64,000 nt of DNA. Origin: a virus. The notes below the pieces were generated by a model. That model saw nothing but the letters and a program-made list of their open reading frames with translations, had not been told where the DNA came from and ran no database searches. The first letter of the stretch is position 1. Every line of letters starts with the position of its first letter. Positions 9,215 to 23,200 of this stretch are shown here, piece after piece. The stretch lies in the IMG/VR virus record IMGVR_UViG_3300042558_000825, positions 32,001 to 96,000 of that record. One strand, written 5' to 3'. Both the position numbers and the translations under genes were made by a program.

Positions 9215-10402
9215 TTATCCTTTAATTGAAACAAACGCTTCTACTGTTCCGACACCGTCTGTTGTTTTATTTGCTAAAGCACGACCAATTACATTGAAAG
9301 ATGTTGCTTCACCTAATGTGGCTGCCCGTGCAATTCCATTCCCTGCACTTACCAAACGTTGACCTTTACGAACTTTACCCGTAACTTTAACTTGCACACG
9401 ACCACCAACAGCGATCGGTGGATGAGAAGAATCATTTCCTGCACCTGCATTCATTAAATATGCCGCAGTGTTTGATACTACACCAAATACATCTTCGCTT
9501 AATTCAGATACTACTGCAGTAATTTCGGCTTCTCCGCCCAATTCAACAACAGTGCCTGCATCATATATAGCATCTGCTTCAAAACGTTCTGCCAAGTCAG
9601 CATATGATGCTTGCAATCTTGCACCGCTACCTAGTAGCCATATTCCATTAATATTTCCACCGCCAGAAATATTACTTGTAGTAATACTGCTAGGCTGTAG
9701 TGTTCCTGTATATGTTGGTAAATATAATGCTACGTTAGCATTACCATAAGATCCTGTTGGGTTGAAAGGTGTACCATTTGCATAGTAATAGTTGTCAGTT
9801 TTAATACCAGTTACTGCAACTAAGTTACCGTTAGTAATAATCATTGTATTACCTGATGCACCACCATTTGCTGTCCAAGTACCAGTAATTGTTCCGGTAT
9901 TAGTATTTGCTGCGCCTGCATTAATATTTGCTGTATTTAATGTAGTAACGTTACCTATAGTGATGTTAGCATTTGCAATTGTTGCATTAGCTGTTATTGT
10001 GGCTAAACGTACGGTAATGGTGTCGCCAGTAAATGCATTGGCAGCAGTGATATTATTTGCTTGTAGATTTCCTGTAACGGTAACTGATCCAAAAGTTGTT
10101 GTACCTGAACCACCTGACTGTGCTAATATAATCCAAGAACTTGCTGTTGTAGTTCCGTCTGCAGGGCATACACACAATGTATTAGCATTTGTGTTATACC
10201 ATAATTGACCTCGCAATGGGTTAGATGGAGGAACTGTGTCTGCAAAGTTTTCCATTGCATGAACAAAGTTAGTATCAAGTGATTGACCATACCCGGCGTA
10301 GTTCCTGCCCGGTAAGCCCAATGATGTACTAGTTGTGTTTATAGTACCGTCAGCAATGGTTGTTAGTACTGTTCCATCACTCTTTACAATCGTATATGCC
10401 AT
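9215..10402 (-). CDS. Tail-fibre-like protein with C-terminal intramolecular-chaperone (peptidase G2-like) domain
   Basis: N-terminal LPGRNYAGYG..ENFA..P..GQLWY module; Asn/Thr-rich shaft; C-terminal YADLAE..GTVV..FGVVS..GRVQVKV..VIGRAL. Confidence 0.7.
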   Translation of the reverse strand: MAYTIVKSDGTVLTTIADGTINTTSTSLGLPGRNYAGYGQSLDTNFVHAMENFADTVPPSNPLRGQLWYNTNANTLCVCPADGTTTASSWIILAQSGGSGTTTFGSVTVTGNLQANNITAANAFTGDTITVRLATITANATIANANITIGNVTTLNTANINAGAANTNTGTITGTWTANGGASGNTMIITNGNLVAVTGIKTDNYYYANGTPFNPTGSYGNANVALYLPTYTGTLQPSSITTSNISGGGNINGIWLLGSGARLQASYADLAERFEADAIYDAGTVVELGGEAEITAVVSELSEDVFGVVSNTAAYLMNAGAGNDSSHPPIAVGGRVQVKVTGKVRKGQRLVSAGNGIARAATLGEATSFNVIGRALANKTTDGVGTVEAFVSIKG

Positions 10403-10425
10403 ATTAAATTACCCCGATATTCTGT

Positions 10426-10431
10426 TATTTA
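10426..10431 (-). promoter_or_regulatory. Putative late promoter (GATAAATA)
   Basis: TAAATA 23 nt upstream of the ATG at 10402. Confidence 0.6.
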
Positions 10432-10433
10432 TC

Positions 10434-11054
10434 TTAAATTGTCACTAAATTAGTCAAGCTTTGAATCCTGACCGTATAATCTATCTGTATTTGTCTATTC
10501 AAACTCTTTTGTACTGGGTGAAAAATCACATGTGTTAACAATCTAGTAATCACATTTCCATCACTATCAGTACCGTAATTTGCCAATAAACCCAACTCGT
10601 CAAAAACATAAGCCGAATCAGTTTGTGTACTGTTATCAAATGCATTTTGTCCTGCAGGCTCACCGTAGTCTAATAAACATTGAACTAAGATGTCAGTATA
10701 AACACGACCAGTAGTATGAGAAACTGTCATTTTATTACGTGTAGGGTCTAAATTGAAAACACTTGTATCGTCAACAATTTTAGCATAGGTTTGATTATAT
10801 AGGGCTGCATTTTGACCAGTAGTATTTGGGGGTAGATATGTGATAACACCTGTTTCATCTACACTTGCACCACCGTTCCCAAATGCCATCTGATAAATCT
10901 CACCGTATCCACGACTGCTTAATGTATCAGCAATGGCTTCAGACATGTTTTCGTAGTTAATCGCATTATGCTTATCTACTAAAACTTCACCGCTATTAGG
11001 GTCATAAATCTTTAAAAACCCTTCTACTTTATATGATAGTGTTATTACTGACAT
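10434..11054 (-). CDS. Conserved-looking phage baseplate/tail-associated protein
   Basis: 206-aa ORF within the structural cluster; FDELGL and THVIFHPVQKS motifs. Confidence 0.6.
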   Translation of the reverse strand: MSVITLSYKVEGFLKIYDPNSGEVLVDKHNAINYENMSEAIADTLSSRGYGEIYQMAFGNGGASVDETGVITYLPPNTTGQNAALYNQTYAKIVDDTSVFNLDPTRNKMTVSHTTGRVYTDILVQCLLDYGEPAGQNAFDNSTQTDSAYVFDELGLLANYGTDSDGNVITRLLTHVIFHPVQKSLNRQIQIDYTVRIQSLTNLVTI

Positions 11055-11206
11055 TAGTTATCGCCTCTTGTTTGAACCAAAATCTCTTTAGTATTTGGAT
11101 CAGTTATTTTTAGATGAGATGAAAAGTAAAACCCACCATGCTCGTCCGGTTTAGGACCATATTCCTGTACAGGTTTAGACTTATTTTCTTCTATATTATT
11201 ACTCAT
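11054..11206 (-). CDS. 50-aa microprotein (below ORF-track cutoff)
   Basis: MSNNIEENKSKPVQEYGPKPDEHGGFYFSSHLKITDPNTKEILVQTRGDN*; fills the gap exactly, its stop overlaps the next start (TAATG), and TAAATA lies just upstream. Confidence 0.75.
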   Translation of the reverse strand: MSNNIEENKSKPVQEYGPKPDEHGGFYFSSHLKITDPNTKEILVQTRGDN

Positions 11207-11221
11207 ATATTTATTTATCAT

Positions 11222-14200
11222 TTAAGATATGGTCGTATTTAAGAAATATGCCGCATCAGTCTCGCTAATCTGTAACGGGTCTCCGTCAGTTACGTTATAT
11301 ATGTTGCTATTCCATGTTAAATTATAGTCTACACTAGGTAACAAATTATTAGATAATAATCCAAACATTTCAGAATATAACGGTATATAGCTTAATTCTG
11401 CAGTTCCGTTAGTTCCACGCTGTAATCCAGATATTGCATTTATTGCAATAGCAGTACCTGTACCCATACCTAATCCAGTAGCAGTAAACGTTAATCCTAC
11501 TGTATTGCTTGATGCACCTATACTAGTAAAGTTTGTTGTTCCTACAGTTTCAATAATATACTGTTGTCCAATTTTGAAGTTTCCAGATTGCAATATTGGA
11601 TTAACTGTTGTGAATTTAATTTGTTCTCCGTTAATATAAATTAAATTACCTTCAAGTGTTACAATAGCTAAACTATCACCAACAGTAACTTCATCATATA
11701 TTTCTAGAATTGGAGATAAGTCTATGATTACTATATCATAATTAGTAGAATTTATATAAGCATTTGTCGTATTGTTATAAACAGTAACTTGAGAAATAAT
11801 ATTCTTGTCTGCTGTTAATCCTATACTTGTTATACCATTCACTGCAGCCGGTGCTACTACGTTTTGTGTAATCTGGTCAGTTATTTTAGTTACATCATCA
11901 ACATATATTACTGCATCAGTATAATATATTGGTTGAACTATCCAAGTTCTAGTATTACTATTTGATCGGAATACTGAGCCAGTGCCATTTTTATTAACAT
12001 TTTGTAAATATACTAATTGATTAGGTGTAGCACTAGATATCATACTAGTAATGATGATGTCATCTCCTGTGACAATCTCTGTCAAAATGCTTAAATTATT
12101 ATTAGCATTTAAATACAACTGAGTTGAAGGGACCCGATATCCATTAATAGTAACCCATAATCTATCAACATTACTTTGTTCCCAATCACTATCTACTACA
12201 AATATACCATCTTCCCATATATATCCACCTGATAGATATGTTGATATACTAGTTACTGGATCGTTAACGGCTGATATACTTGATGAGTATGAAGTATTAT
12301 ATAGATCAACTTGAGTACTACTAATCACATGAACATAATATGTATTATTATTTAATTGAACTGAACCTATAGTCCCGTCAATACGTATTAAATCATTTGT
12401 AGTTAAATTATGAGCAGTAGAAGTAGTTACACGAACTGCAGGAGTTCCTCCAACATATGCTAACATAGTACCGGTAGCAGTTCCTGGATTAAAAGTTGAA
12501 CCACTTAATGTTGTTGATATAGTAAACGTACCATCGTACGGATAAGTTACTGATTTCACATAGTAAACAGTACCGTTGGTTAATACATTTCCAAGTTGTG
12601 TTCCTTTAAATATAATTGTTTGGTCAACAATAAAACCACTAGTGTTAGCACATGTTAACAAATTACCAGTACTAGATACGGCAGTTACAATAGTAGATAC
12701 AATAGGTGGTGTAATTTCATTGTCAATATTGATAATAGTTGATACTGTTTTATTTGTTATATCGTATTGAGTATTAAAATATTGACGTTCAGTTAAATTA
12801 AAACTTGTTACAGCAATAGTATCTAATGCTGACGGTGTTAACGGTGTTCCACCAATAAATTGTAAGGTGTCAGTACTACTATTAATGGTATATGCTGTAT
12901 CAAGTAAACGTACTCCGTTTATTTCTACTATAGCATTAGTAGGATTATCACCACCAACAAAGTTTGTTAGAGTGAATGGTCCACTAGTACCATTACCTAT
13001 AATAGTTTGTATTTCTGGGATAGTATAACCATATTGTGACGGATATGTCTCTCCAAATACAGTATATGCCAAATAATCTAACGTAACATCATACTGTGCA
13101 GAAAAAATCATTTTTGCAGAAATACCGTTATCTGCTATACCAAATGAATAGTCATTCGTAATTCCAGTTGCGCCACCTACCGCATCTGAAAGTGTAATAA
13201 CAGTACCACCCAATGTAGCAGAGATAGTAAACTCATTACCATCAAAAATTGATTCAATATAATATACTGTTTGCGGTGTTATGTCATTTCCAAACATTGT
13301 GTCACTAAACACAATTCTATCTCCTACTGCCATTCCACTAGTTGTATTACACGTAATACTATTATTTGAACTGTTAGTTTGTGTGATTCTGTTAGTATGA
13401 CCCAATATCAATTTAGTACCATTATGATATACAATAGGATCACTCCATACTGCACCACTACCGGTTTGTATTACAATATCCATTGAACCAGAATCGGTAG
13501 TTATGATAAATGTAGGTCCAGCTACTCCATCAGTTATTACATCTGAAATTGTAATTTTGTTTGTTACGGTACTAATAGTTTTAACATAATAATGAGTATC
13601 TGCTACTATTCCACCAAACACATCACCTTGGAATATAATTTGGTCATTTAAAGTAAAGTATGCAACATTTTCACACAATATAGTGTTATCGGTACTATCT
13701 GTCTCTGTTGCTATTACATTAATAGGTTCAGTTCCCGGTCTAATAACACCAGATCCAGAAGAACGTGTAGCTGTAAAGTTACAATTTAAATTAATTTCAT
13801 TAAATCCAGTTACTGTATTAATACGAATAGGGTCAGTCTGACTATTAGATTTTTCTAGTTGATCACCGTTACCTACTTCGTAAACTTCTACCACCAGTGA
13901 GTCCCCTGCAGGCAAACTACTAGGTAATGTAATTGTTTTTACCAACCAATCTACAGTGAATGAGGAAGGTGAATATAACCTTGTAGATAATCCAGTTACA
14001 CTATCTACTTGGAATACTGACAATTGCGCTGGGAATTCAACTAAATTATCAAAGCTAAAAGTTAATTGACCAACTGTTGGTGTAATCTGAGTAGATACTA
14101 CATTGTATCCAACATGTTGATATGTTTCAACATCCCAGTTTGTACCTGGACGAGTTGTAACTATCATTGTTAAATTGTCAGATACTACACCAGGTACCAA

Positions 14201-17200
14201 TTCTTCCGGACCATAACCTGACATAAAAGGATCGCCTTGAACGTCATATATTGTAGGTAGTGTGTCAAATACTCCTACATTAATCCAAGTTATTCCGTCA
14301 GCACTTTGTAATATAACATTATTATTACCAGCTATTACAAATTCATTATCAATGTTGTTCCATGTTATGCCATTTAAATTTTCAGTTGTTATATCAGAAT
14401 CAGTTACATCTGTCCAAGTAACACCGTCATCTGATGACGTTAGTATTGCACCTGCTTGTCCCACAATTACAAACAATCCTAAATCACTTGAATATGCAAC
14501 ATCTTTTAAGTTGTAACTTCCTGTTCCTACATTTACCCAGTTACTACTATTAATAGATGTAAATATAGTTCCATTGTCACCTACTATGATAATAGTATTA
14601 TTACCACTAGTTACTCCATATAATGTTTCTGCCGATCCAAAAGGTGTAATATTTGTCCAAGTTATTCCATCTAGGCTATTTAACACAACGCTTTGAGTTA
14701 TTGTTGGTATTACGCTGTAGTCCGGACCATATCCTACTGCCACAAATCCATTAAAGTTATTGATAGTTATACCTGAAATACCGTATAAAATAGAACCGTA
14801 AAAATTATATACTTCTATCCAATTATATCCATCGGTACTAGATACAATATTATTACCAGTAGCAATATATTTTCCGTTTAAGTATGAAACACTATATAAT
14901 TGTGTACTATCTATAGATACCGTACCGTCAACTAAGCCAGTAGTAGCCCAAGATTCTCCGTCAGTACTAATAAAGATAGGAGTTGCCGTGTTAGTAGAAG
15001 TTATTATATATTTTCCATTAAAATAACCAATGTCAGATAATCCTACCGGTTGTTCTGATAATTTATTAGAAGGCCACGATGTACCATTAACACTATTAAT
15101 AATTAATGAATATGTAGGCGTATTAGCAGAGCCAATATAAGTAACTCCATCAAATAATATTGAAGCAGTATCTACTTCTACTGGACTAAATGCTTGGTCC
15201 TGTAATATAGTATCTAATGTGTATTCGTCTGCTGGCGGGAATGCATTACCTTGGTATGTGCTATTTGGATAAGTTATACCTTCTACTAATTGAGTTAAAT
15301 CTAATCCAGGCATATTAGCTGTTGGTTGATAGTAACCCATAATTCTGTCTAACGCATTTAATTTTCTGCTATCGCTAGATAATAATTCCCATTTACCAAA
15401 TATAAACTCAGTATCATTATTACTTACAATACATTGATAAACTCTGTTATTATATTTGACAATACTCTGATTGAAATAGAATGGTTCTGGTAATAACGTA
15501 TAATCACCTGCAGTGTATGGGAAATCTATTCCACTAACTGGAATCTGTAATAAAGGATCACTGTATACTTCACACTCTGTAGCAGATATAACTTTTAAGT
15601 AATATTGTTCAACAGTTTCATTTGGAGTACCAGCGCAAATTACTGATAATATTTCTCCATTAGTATCTATCGTATTGACAGTCATTACTAAATCATTTGC
15701 AGGAGTAGTACCGGCTAATGCAGTTCCTAATATAGTTATAGTATTATTAATAGCATACCCTTCTCCAGCATCTGCAATATTTACGCTATAACCACCTAAA
15801 ACCCAACTTACATCAAATTCAGGAACTAATGTAGGTGCCTGTGTCATTGTTACATTAGCTGACGTATCTGTTAATGGGAATTCCCCGCCCCCTAAACTTG
15901 CTGATACTTTAATATAAGGTTGTCCTGTAATACCCATTGTACCGTTTTCACCGGTTAAATCAACTTCAGTTCCTCCAGGAACATTAGATATTTTAAATTG
16001 AGTACTAGTAATTGGTGATACGATTGTATCTATTATATAATAGGTTGTGTCTAAAACTACACCTCCTAAACCAGTACCAGTAAATGTTACAGGCATTTCA
16101 TTATAGAATCCCGCTGTACTTGTACAAGTTAATACATTGCCTGCGCTAGTAGAGGTTACTGTAGTTTCTACTATCCCATTTGCTACAATCCAATAAGTAG
16201 TTCCACCAGTCAATCCGCCGTAATTACTAGCAAATTCTACTGGCATGTTATTGTATATGTTAGTTAATCCACCACTGGTAGTAGTTACACTTAAATAATC
16301 ACCGTTAGCTAATGCATTATCTATAGTACGTACTAGTAGATTACTGTCAGTTCCAATTAATCCTGTATATGTAGAAGATGTTGGGTAGAATGTAAACTGT
16401 TGTCCTGTAATTTGTCCTGGGCTAACCGGTAAACCGACATTGCAAATCATTGATCCTGTCGCAGTTGTCAGTTGGACAATGTTCTTTTGGTCTGTACCTA
16501 AACATGTGCCGGTTACATTACTAGGGCCAAGATTAAATGCTCCTCCATTAATTACAGTAGAAACTTGAAAATTATTACTATCAATTACCGCACGTACATA
16601 ATAAGTTGTACCACTAATTAAATTACCAAAATCTGAAACTACTGAGCCACTAATCACCATGTCAGTAAATATTATTGGGTCATTAATTGATAAGCCCAAT
16701 GTACCGGTACACGTGATATAATCAGTACTTGCAATCACGCCTGTTACATTAATAATTAACGGGTCCTGCACTGTAGACATAGTAAATGTGGTACTATTAA
16801 CTACTGTAGTCACATAGTATTCTTCATTTTCTATGATTCCACCAAATACACTACCTGTAAAGAATATTGGTAAATTAGTATAGAATCCAGTAGTACCTCC
16901 TAAACCAGATCCCGTTAACGGAATTGTTATTGTATTTGTTACTGCAGTGGTATTAGTGGTATTTAATATGCCAGGATAGAATAATGTAACAACTGCAGTA
17001 TTAGTAACTTCACCTACGTATAACAATAGGCCAGCAGAACTAATTGTAGCAGTATTTAAATTAAATGTGCCTCCACCGATTGCGGCAGATATAGTAATAT
17101 CAGTATCATTCAATATGGTTTTTACATAGTATGTTGTACCATTAACTAATAAACTATTGCCTACTGCACCCTGAAATTTAATTGGCATATCAACATAGAA

Positions 17201-20200
17201 ACCAGTTGTAGGACCAACACCACCTTCATCAGGAGCACCACCGGTTGAAGGAGCAATAGTAATTATATCACTAGTTCCTCCTGTAGTTGATACTACATTT
17301 CTTGTACGTGAGCTCCAATTTAAAGTTTGGTCATTAGTAACACCTTCTATTTCAAACACTGCACCCTGGGCACTAGCTAAGATAGTATCAATTGATGGTT
17401 GAGTAGATTCTAATGTTATACTTGAACTAGATATTCTTACTGAATTGTTGTACAATCCTGCATAAAAACTGCCATAGAATTGTCCACTTTGCCAATCAGA
17501 TAATTCTGAAGTATAACTTGTTCTATCAAATCTCAATGCTATTTTATTTTCTCTAATTGGAACTGCAGTTGACACACAGCTAGCTCTTGCACTAATACTT
17601 AACAAGTTATTAGAACCAGTACCAGTAGTATACAATACAACTCGGTCGGTATCATTGATTGCATCTCTATACGTTGTATATAATGCAATATTAAATGTTG
17701 GAGTTGATTCAAGTACATTAACATAGTAATATTGATTAACTTCTAATCCACCTACTGCAGTTGTATCAGTACCTATAGTATATTTTATTAAATCACCAGT
17801 TTGTAATAAGGGTAACGGTAATATTATTGTATTAGTGAAAGTGTCAACATCGGTTGAGGTAAACGGTAATCCTATAGAAGGGTCAATGACAATTTCTGGT
17901 AACACTACATAACCATCACCCGGATCAATAACATCAATACGTAATATAGAATCTAAATTCATTACGGCTTGTAATATTGCAGGTCTTCTTGGTTCCGGAT
18001 ATATTGACGTATCAATGTATGCTGTTATTCTAGGTGGCTCATTATATGCACGGCCGCCATTTAATAACAATACCGCTGGTAAATCAATTGTTATAATTTC
18101 TCCCGGAATATGTACAGAAATTGGTGTACCATCAACACCGCGTGTTAAGCCAAATAATGTATTATTTGAACGGTCAACTCCTGCATATCCTATTAATTCG
18201 TCACCTATTAATATAGTTCCATTAATGGGGAATCCATATGCATTATCTACGGCAAATGATCCAGAATTCAATGAAATATAAGATGCTAATACAGTGATTT
18301 GATAATCATTAACTCCGGTAATACTTAGTCCGTAATTATTAAACCATTCTTTATACGCACTGGTTTGCCATATAGGGTCAGTGGGTAGATATTGATTAAT
18401 TGCACTTGGATTACTATATACTAATTCAGGAGTAATAAATTGTTGTACGTCAGTATTATATTGTGACGGTAAATCAAAATCAGTAATAGTCCCTGCATAT
18501 AATTCAGAACCTGTATATTTAAATAAGAACTCTTTAATAACTACATGATAAGGTTTAACTTCATTAATATATCCTGCCAAGAAATCTTGATTATCTGATC
18601 GGAATACTTCTAGTGGTAATAATTCACGTATAGTATGGCCAACATCAATAAACGATGTTTTATTTAACCACGGTAAATAATTTTGTGATTCAATTGTTTC
18701 ACTTTGAATATATTCAAATAATAATACTAAACTTTTGTTTCTATAAAGCAATAACTCATTGGTATAAATTTCTTCATTTAATGCTCTTACAATACTACGA
18801 GTTTCCTGCGATGGATATGTATCATACGGAGTGGTGTCAAAGAAATTATCTCCGAATCCTAATCTAGCAGTTGAATAATCCCACAAGTCACTACTAAACT
18901 CAATAGTGCCATCTTGTAGACCTATACGTTCCCACATATTTAAATTAGTATAAACATAGACTTCAGATTTACCATCACCATTAGTAGTGACAGTTACAAT
19001 TAATCCTGGCGTTGCATCTATTGTTGCTAAATCAGCATAGATAGGAACCTGTAGTGCTGATTTGGTGTTATTATCATATCCAGTAGCCCACCAATTAATA
19101 TAATTCCAATAATCGGTTGTATTATACTTAGCACCTTCAGCAAATGCTAAGAATGATGCAGTACCTGTATTTCTACTAGAGCCGGTTGCTGGTCCAGTAG
19201 CAATAAACGTGATACCTGCAGTATTACTTGCGGCGCCTATACTAGTCCAGTTTACATCTCCTACAGTTACAATAGTATATGTTACATTGGCTTGACAATT
19301 GCCTGCAACAATGGTTTCTATAATTGTTGGGTTTTGTGTATTTAAGAAACTAGCATTTCTTGTTTCAGTAATAGGATATTGTGCTAATACATCATTAGCG
19401 TATGTCAAATAATTTTTCAATGCTAAAAATCTATTAACAAAGAAACTTTGTCTTGGTCTAGCATAGATACCGTATTGTACTGGTTTCGGTAGATACGGAT
19501 CAGGAACAACACCGCCTGATTCATCTACTCCGCACAAACTATCTAACATTCTATCATACAACGATTCAGGAACATCCAATCCATTAGTAGTAGGTAATCC
19601 TGGTAAGAAGTCATCCGCATAGTTAGTACGAATTAAGTTATATAAACTATGTGAAACATCATCATTAGTTCCGGTTGAAAAACCAATATGTAATACGGTA
19701 TCATTTGCATTGATATTATCACCGCAATTATATAATCCATATATATCTTGTTCTAGTGGTGCAAAATAACTAATCCCAGAGTTAATAGGAGAAGCAATAT
19801 ATGATTGAATAATACTATCTGCTAAAGTTTTTCCTGTTTTAGTGAATATAATATTAGTATTTCTAACCCAATAGTAATACACTGGAGTCAGTACACCGGA
19901 AGCATTTAAGGTGTATTCAATTGCATATGACTCTACATCAAACACAGTGCCTGGACCAGCATAACTTATAGGAGGAACATCACTTGTTATCCAACTGTAT
20001 ACTGTTACATCACTTCCTGGGAATACTTGACCCCACCATTTGCTATCATATACTATATCATTTTGATGGTAATTTACAAATCGTGTAGTACTTGTATTAA
20101 ACCATATTTGTCCAATTTGTACTGCTCCCCAAACCATTGCACCCTTATTAATATTAGGACTATTATAACCAGCTGGATCAACATTAGATATCACATCAAT

Positions 20201-23200
20201 ATTTTGACGTACAGATCCTAATATTTTACCTTGCAATGGGTCAATATAATCTAAATTGTCTAATGTGTTATTGGTAATTGCACTATATAATTGTATGTTT
20301 TGAATTCTATTGGTATCAACAACCGGGTTTGAATTTCTATACACACTCCAATCAGGGGTACCTGTAGCATTAATATATGTTATAAGTTGTCCTGCAATAG
20401 TATCTGGTTTAAAGTTAGGTGTCCCGATAACTACATGTGATGCGTTAAAATCTATTGCATGTCCAAACATTGGCTGACTGCCATATGTTTCATTAATATC
20501 ATTAGTACTCTGTGCATATACAAAATTACCACAATTTGCTAACGATTCATTATATACTGACAGGTAGTCAAACATGTATACCGCACCAGCATTTCTATAA
20601 GTATCAACCCATTGTGTAGCATTGTTGTCAAACAGTGTGTCATTGTCATAATCTTCGTCATCGGTAGAATCAAATGTTGTCGCTTGATAACGGGTTGCTG
20701 TTGGTGCACTTACTACGAATGAATTAAATTCATTGAATTTAACCACATTACCAAACTGAGTAGTACCTTGTATATGTGGGTCGGTAATAATTTGTGTTTG
20801 TGTATAAGTATTAAATCCTAATTCTGCCCACGTAGATGTATTCAATACAGTAACATTAAGTTTATCATTAACTGATGCCAATGCAGTATTTATTAAGCTA
20901 ATAATTAACTTGCCTGTAGGGATCCCTAAATTATCTAATTGCTCAGATGCTTGTACATTAGTAATATTTGCTTGATTAATTATATTAGCAACGGTTGATG
21001 CATTGCCTGCAGTTAATGTTACTATATAACCATTAATTAAAATAATCCTAGTAGTGGTAATTGCACAATCTGATGTACCAATAATCATACCGTACTTGCC
21101 ACCACCGTTAGTGTAGCGATAGACCGCACCTTCTTGATTTTGACTGTTTAATTCAAAAGGAGCTCCAACTAATATTTCAGTAGCATAGGTGTTTGTGTCA
21201 ACACTATTACCAAACTGTACACCAATTTTAGGTGTTGTTTCAGTAGTAAGAGTTTGACATAATACAAAGTTGTTACCACTTACATTGATGATATCACCTG
21301 CATTTAATGAGCTGTATACATATAATGTTGAATCTATAACTGCATAATTGTTATCAGTAATTATAGTACCATTAACAGTAATTAATAATGGTGTTATTTG
21401 TATTGAGCATGTCATGCTACCGGTAGAAGATGTTAAATTAATAGGAACTACTGAACCTCTAGATGTTGTGATTCTAAATGTAGTGCCTGTTGGTTTATCA
21501 AGTATATAATACACTGTATTAGCGGAAATTGCTCCACTAGATAATAGTCCGGTTGAATTAGCTGTACCTGTTCCTGTTCCGGCACCGGTAGCTACAAAAG
21601 TTTGACCAATTGTGTTAGCGGATGCACCTATTGCTACAAAATTAGTAGTGCCAACAGATGTTATTGTATACGTTTCTCCTATTGCAAAATATCCTGCATT
21701 AGTGCCAGTAGAGAAAACAACAGGATCTCCTACACTAAAACCAGCTGAACTAGTTACAGTAATTCTTTCAGTTGATCCGTCTATAGCAGTAGCAGTTTGT
21801 GTTACTGTAGTAGGTGTCCAAGCTAATGTAAACGTTTGCGGGACATCTGGCAAACTTGTAAATTGTGATTCAACATTTTGTACGGTTCTATCGTATACAT
21901 ATGTGTAGCCCCAGTTTTCAATTGAACCATCATAGTTTTTATCAGGTGTACCGATTACTACTGTGTCACCATAATAATCTGTTGCAATAGAGTAACCAAA
22001 GTTATCATCATTTGTTAAGCCCAAATTAATAGTTGTAGAGTATTCATATTCTTCTGTGATAGTTGAATAACGATACACATATACTAAACTAGTAGACGAT
22101 GTTACTGCTGATATATATAACCAATTAGCGTCGCCGGAGATAGCAATTGCTTTACCCCACTCAGTTACACCAACTGGAGCAGCTATAGCAGATTGTAATG
22201 ACTGTAATTCATCAACTGTTATACTAACTACTAATTGATAAACATAAACTGCAGGAGTACCTGTAGGTTGTGATATAACAAATATATCATTTGCATAAGC
22301 AATAGTTGTACCAAATGAAGATGATGATGTAATTGTTTGTAGCAACTCATATCTATCAAATAGTGTATTATATGAATAACGGTATGCAACTCCTGCGTCG
22401 GCATCACCAATTAAATAACCCAAGGTGTCAGTATACGCTACTGCACTACCAAACGTTTCAGAACCGTTTTTAATTAATTCTGAATCATAGCCGTAATTAA
22501 TACTTTTGCGATATACTGCCCAATCGCCATCATTATTTGTATCTACCCAAACTTTGGTTTTAACAAATTCTGTGTTCAATAAAGGTAAATCAATAATATC
22601 ATTAGGAGTCGCTACACGTTGAGATTGGAATTTAAATCCAATACCCTGACCAAATATAGAAGTGATTGACGGAGCCAATGTTACATTAACCAATACACTA
22701 TTCAAATCAATTACTGTATTAACTATATAATATCCGTTTAAACTATCATTAAAGTTAACAACTGCAAATGGTTGATATTTTGTCAATCCATGAGGATTAT
22801 TAAATGTTATGGTAGCAGTGCCATTTAAATTGTTTTTTGCAAATATTACTTGACCTAAACTAACCGGGGTCATTACTTGCCAAGTACCTTGATAATCGGC
22901 TAACCAAATATATTGCCCTACATATAATTGTGATAAAGGTGTCAACACACCGCGTGGTGATGTGCTAGTTGGTAAATTAGTATAATAGTATGCCGCAATA
23001 CGCATATCATTAAAGTTAGCATAGCCTGCATCTGGTAACAAATACGAAGGGGTATTAGTAGGTAATAATGGCAGTACGTCTGTACTATTTACCGGACGTC
23101 CATAATTATATAAACTATATAATGGTACTTCTTGTTGTACTCCATCAGTAGATATTCCGTTAGTCAACCCAACAATACTTGGATTGCCTGTTAATAGTGA

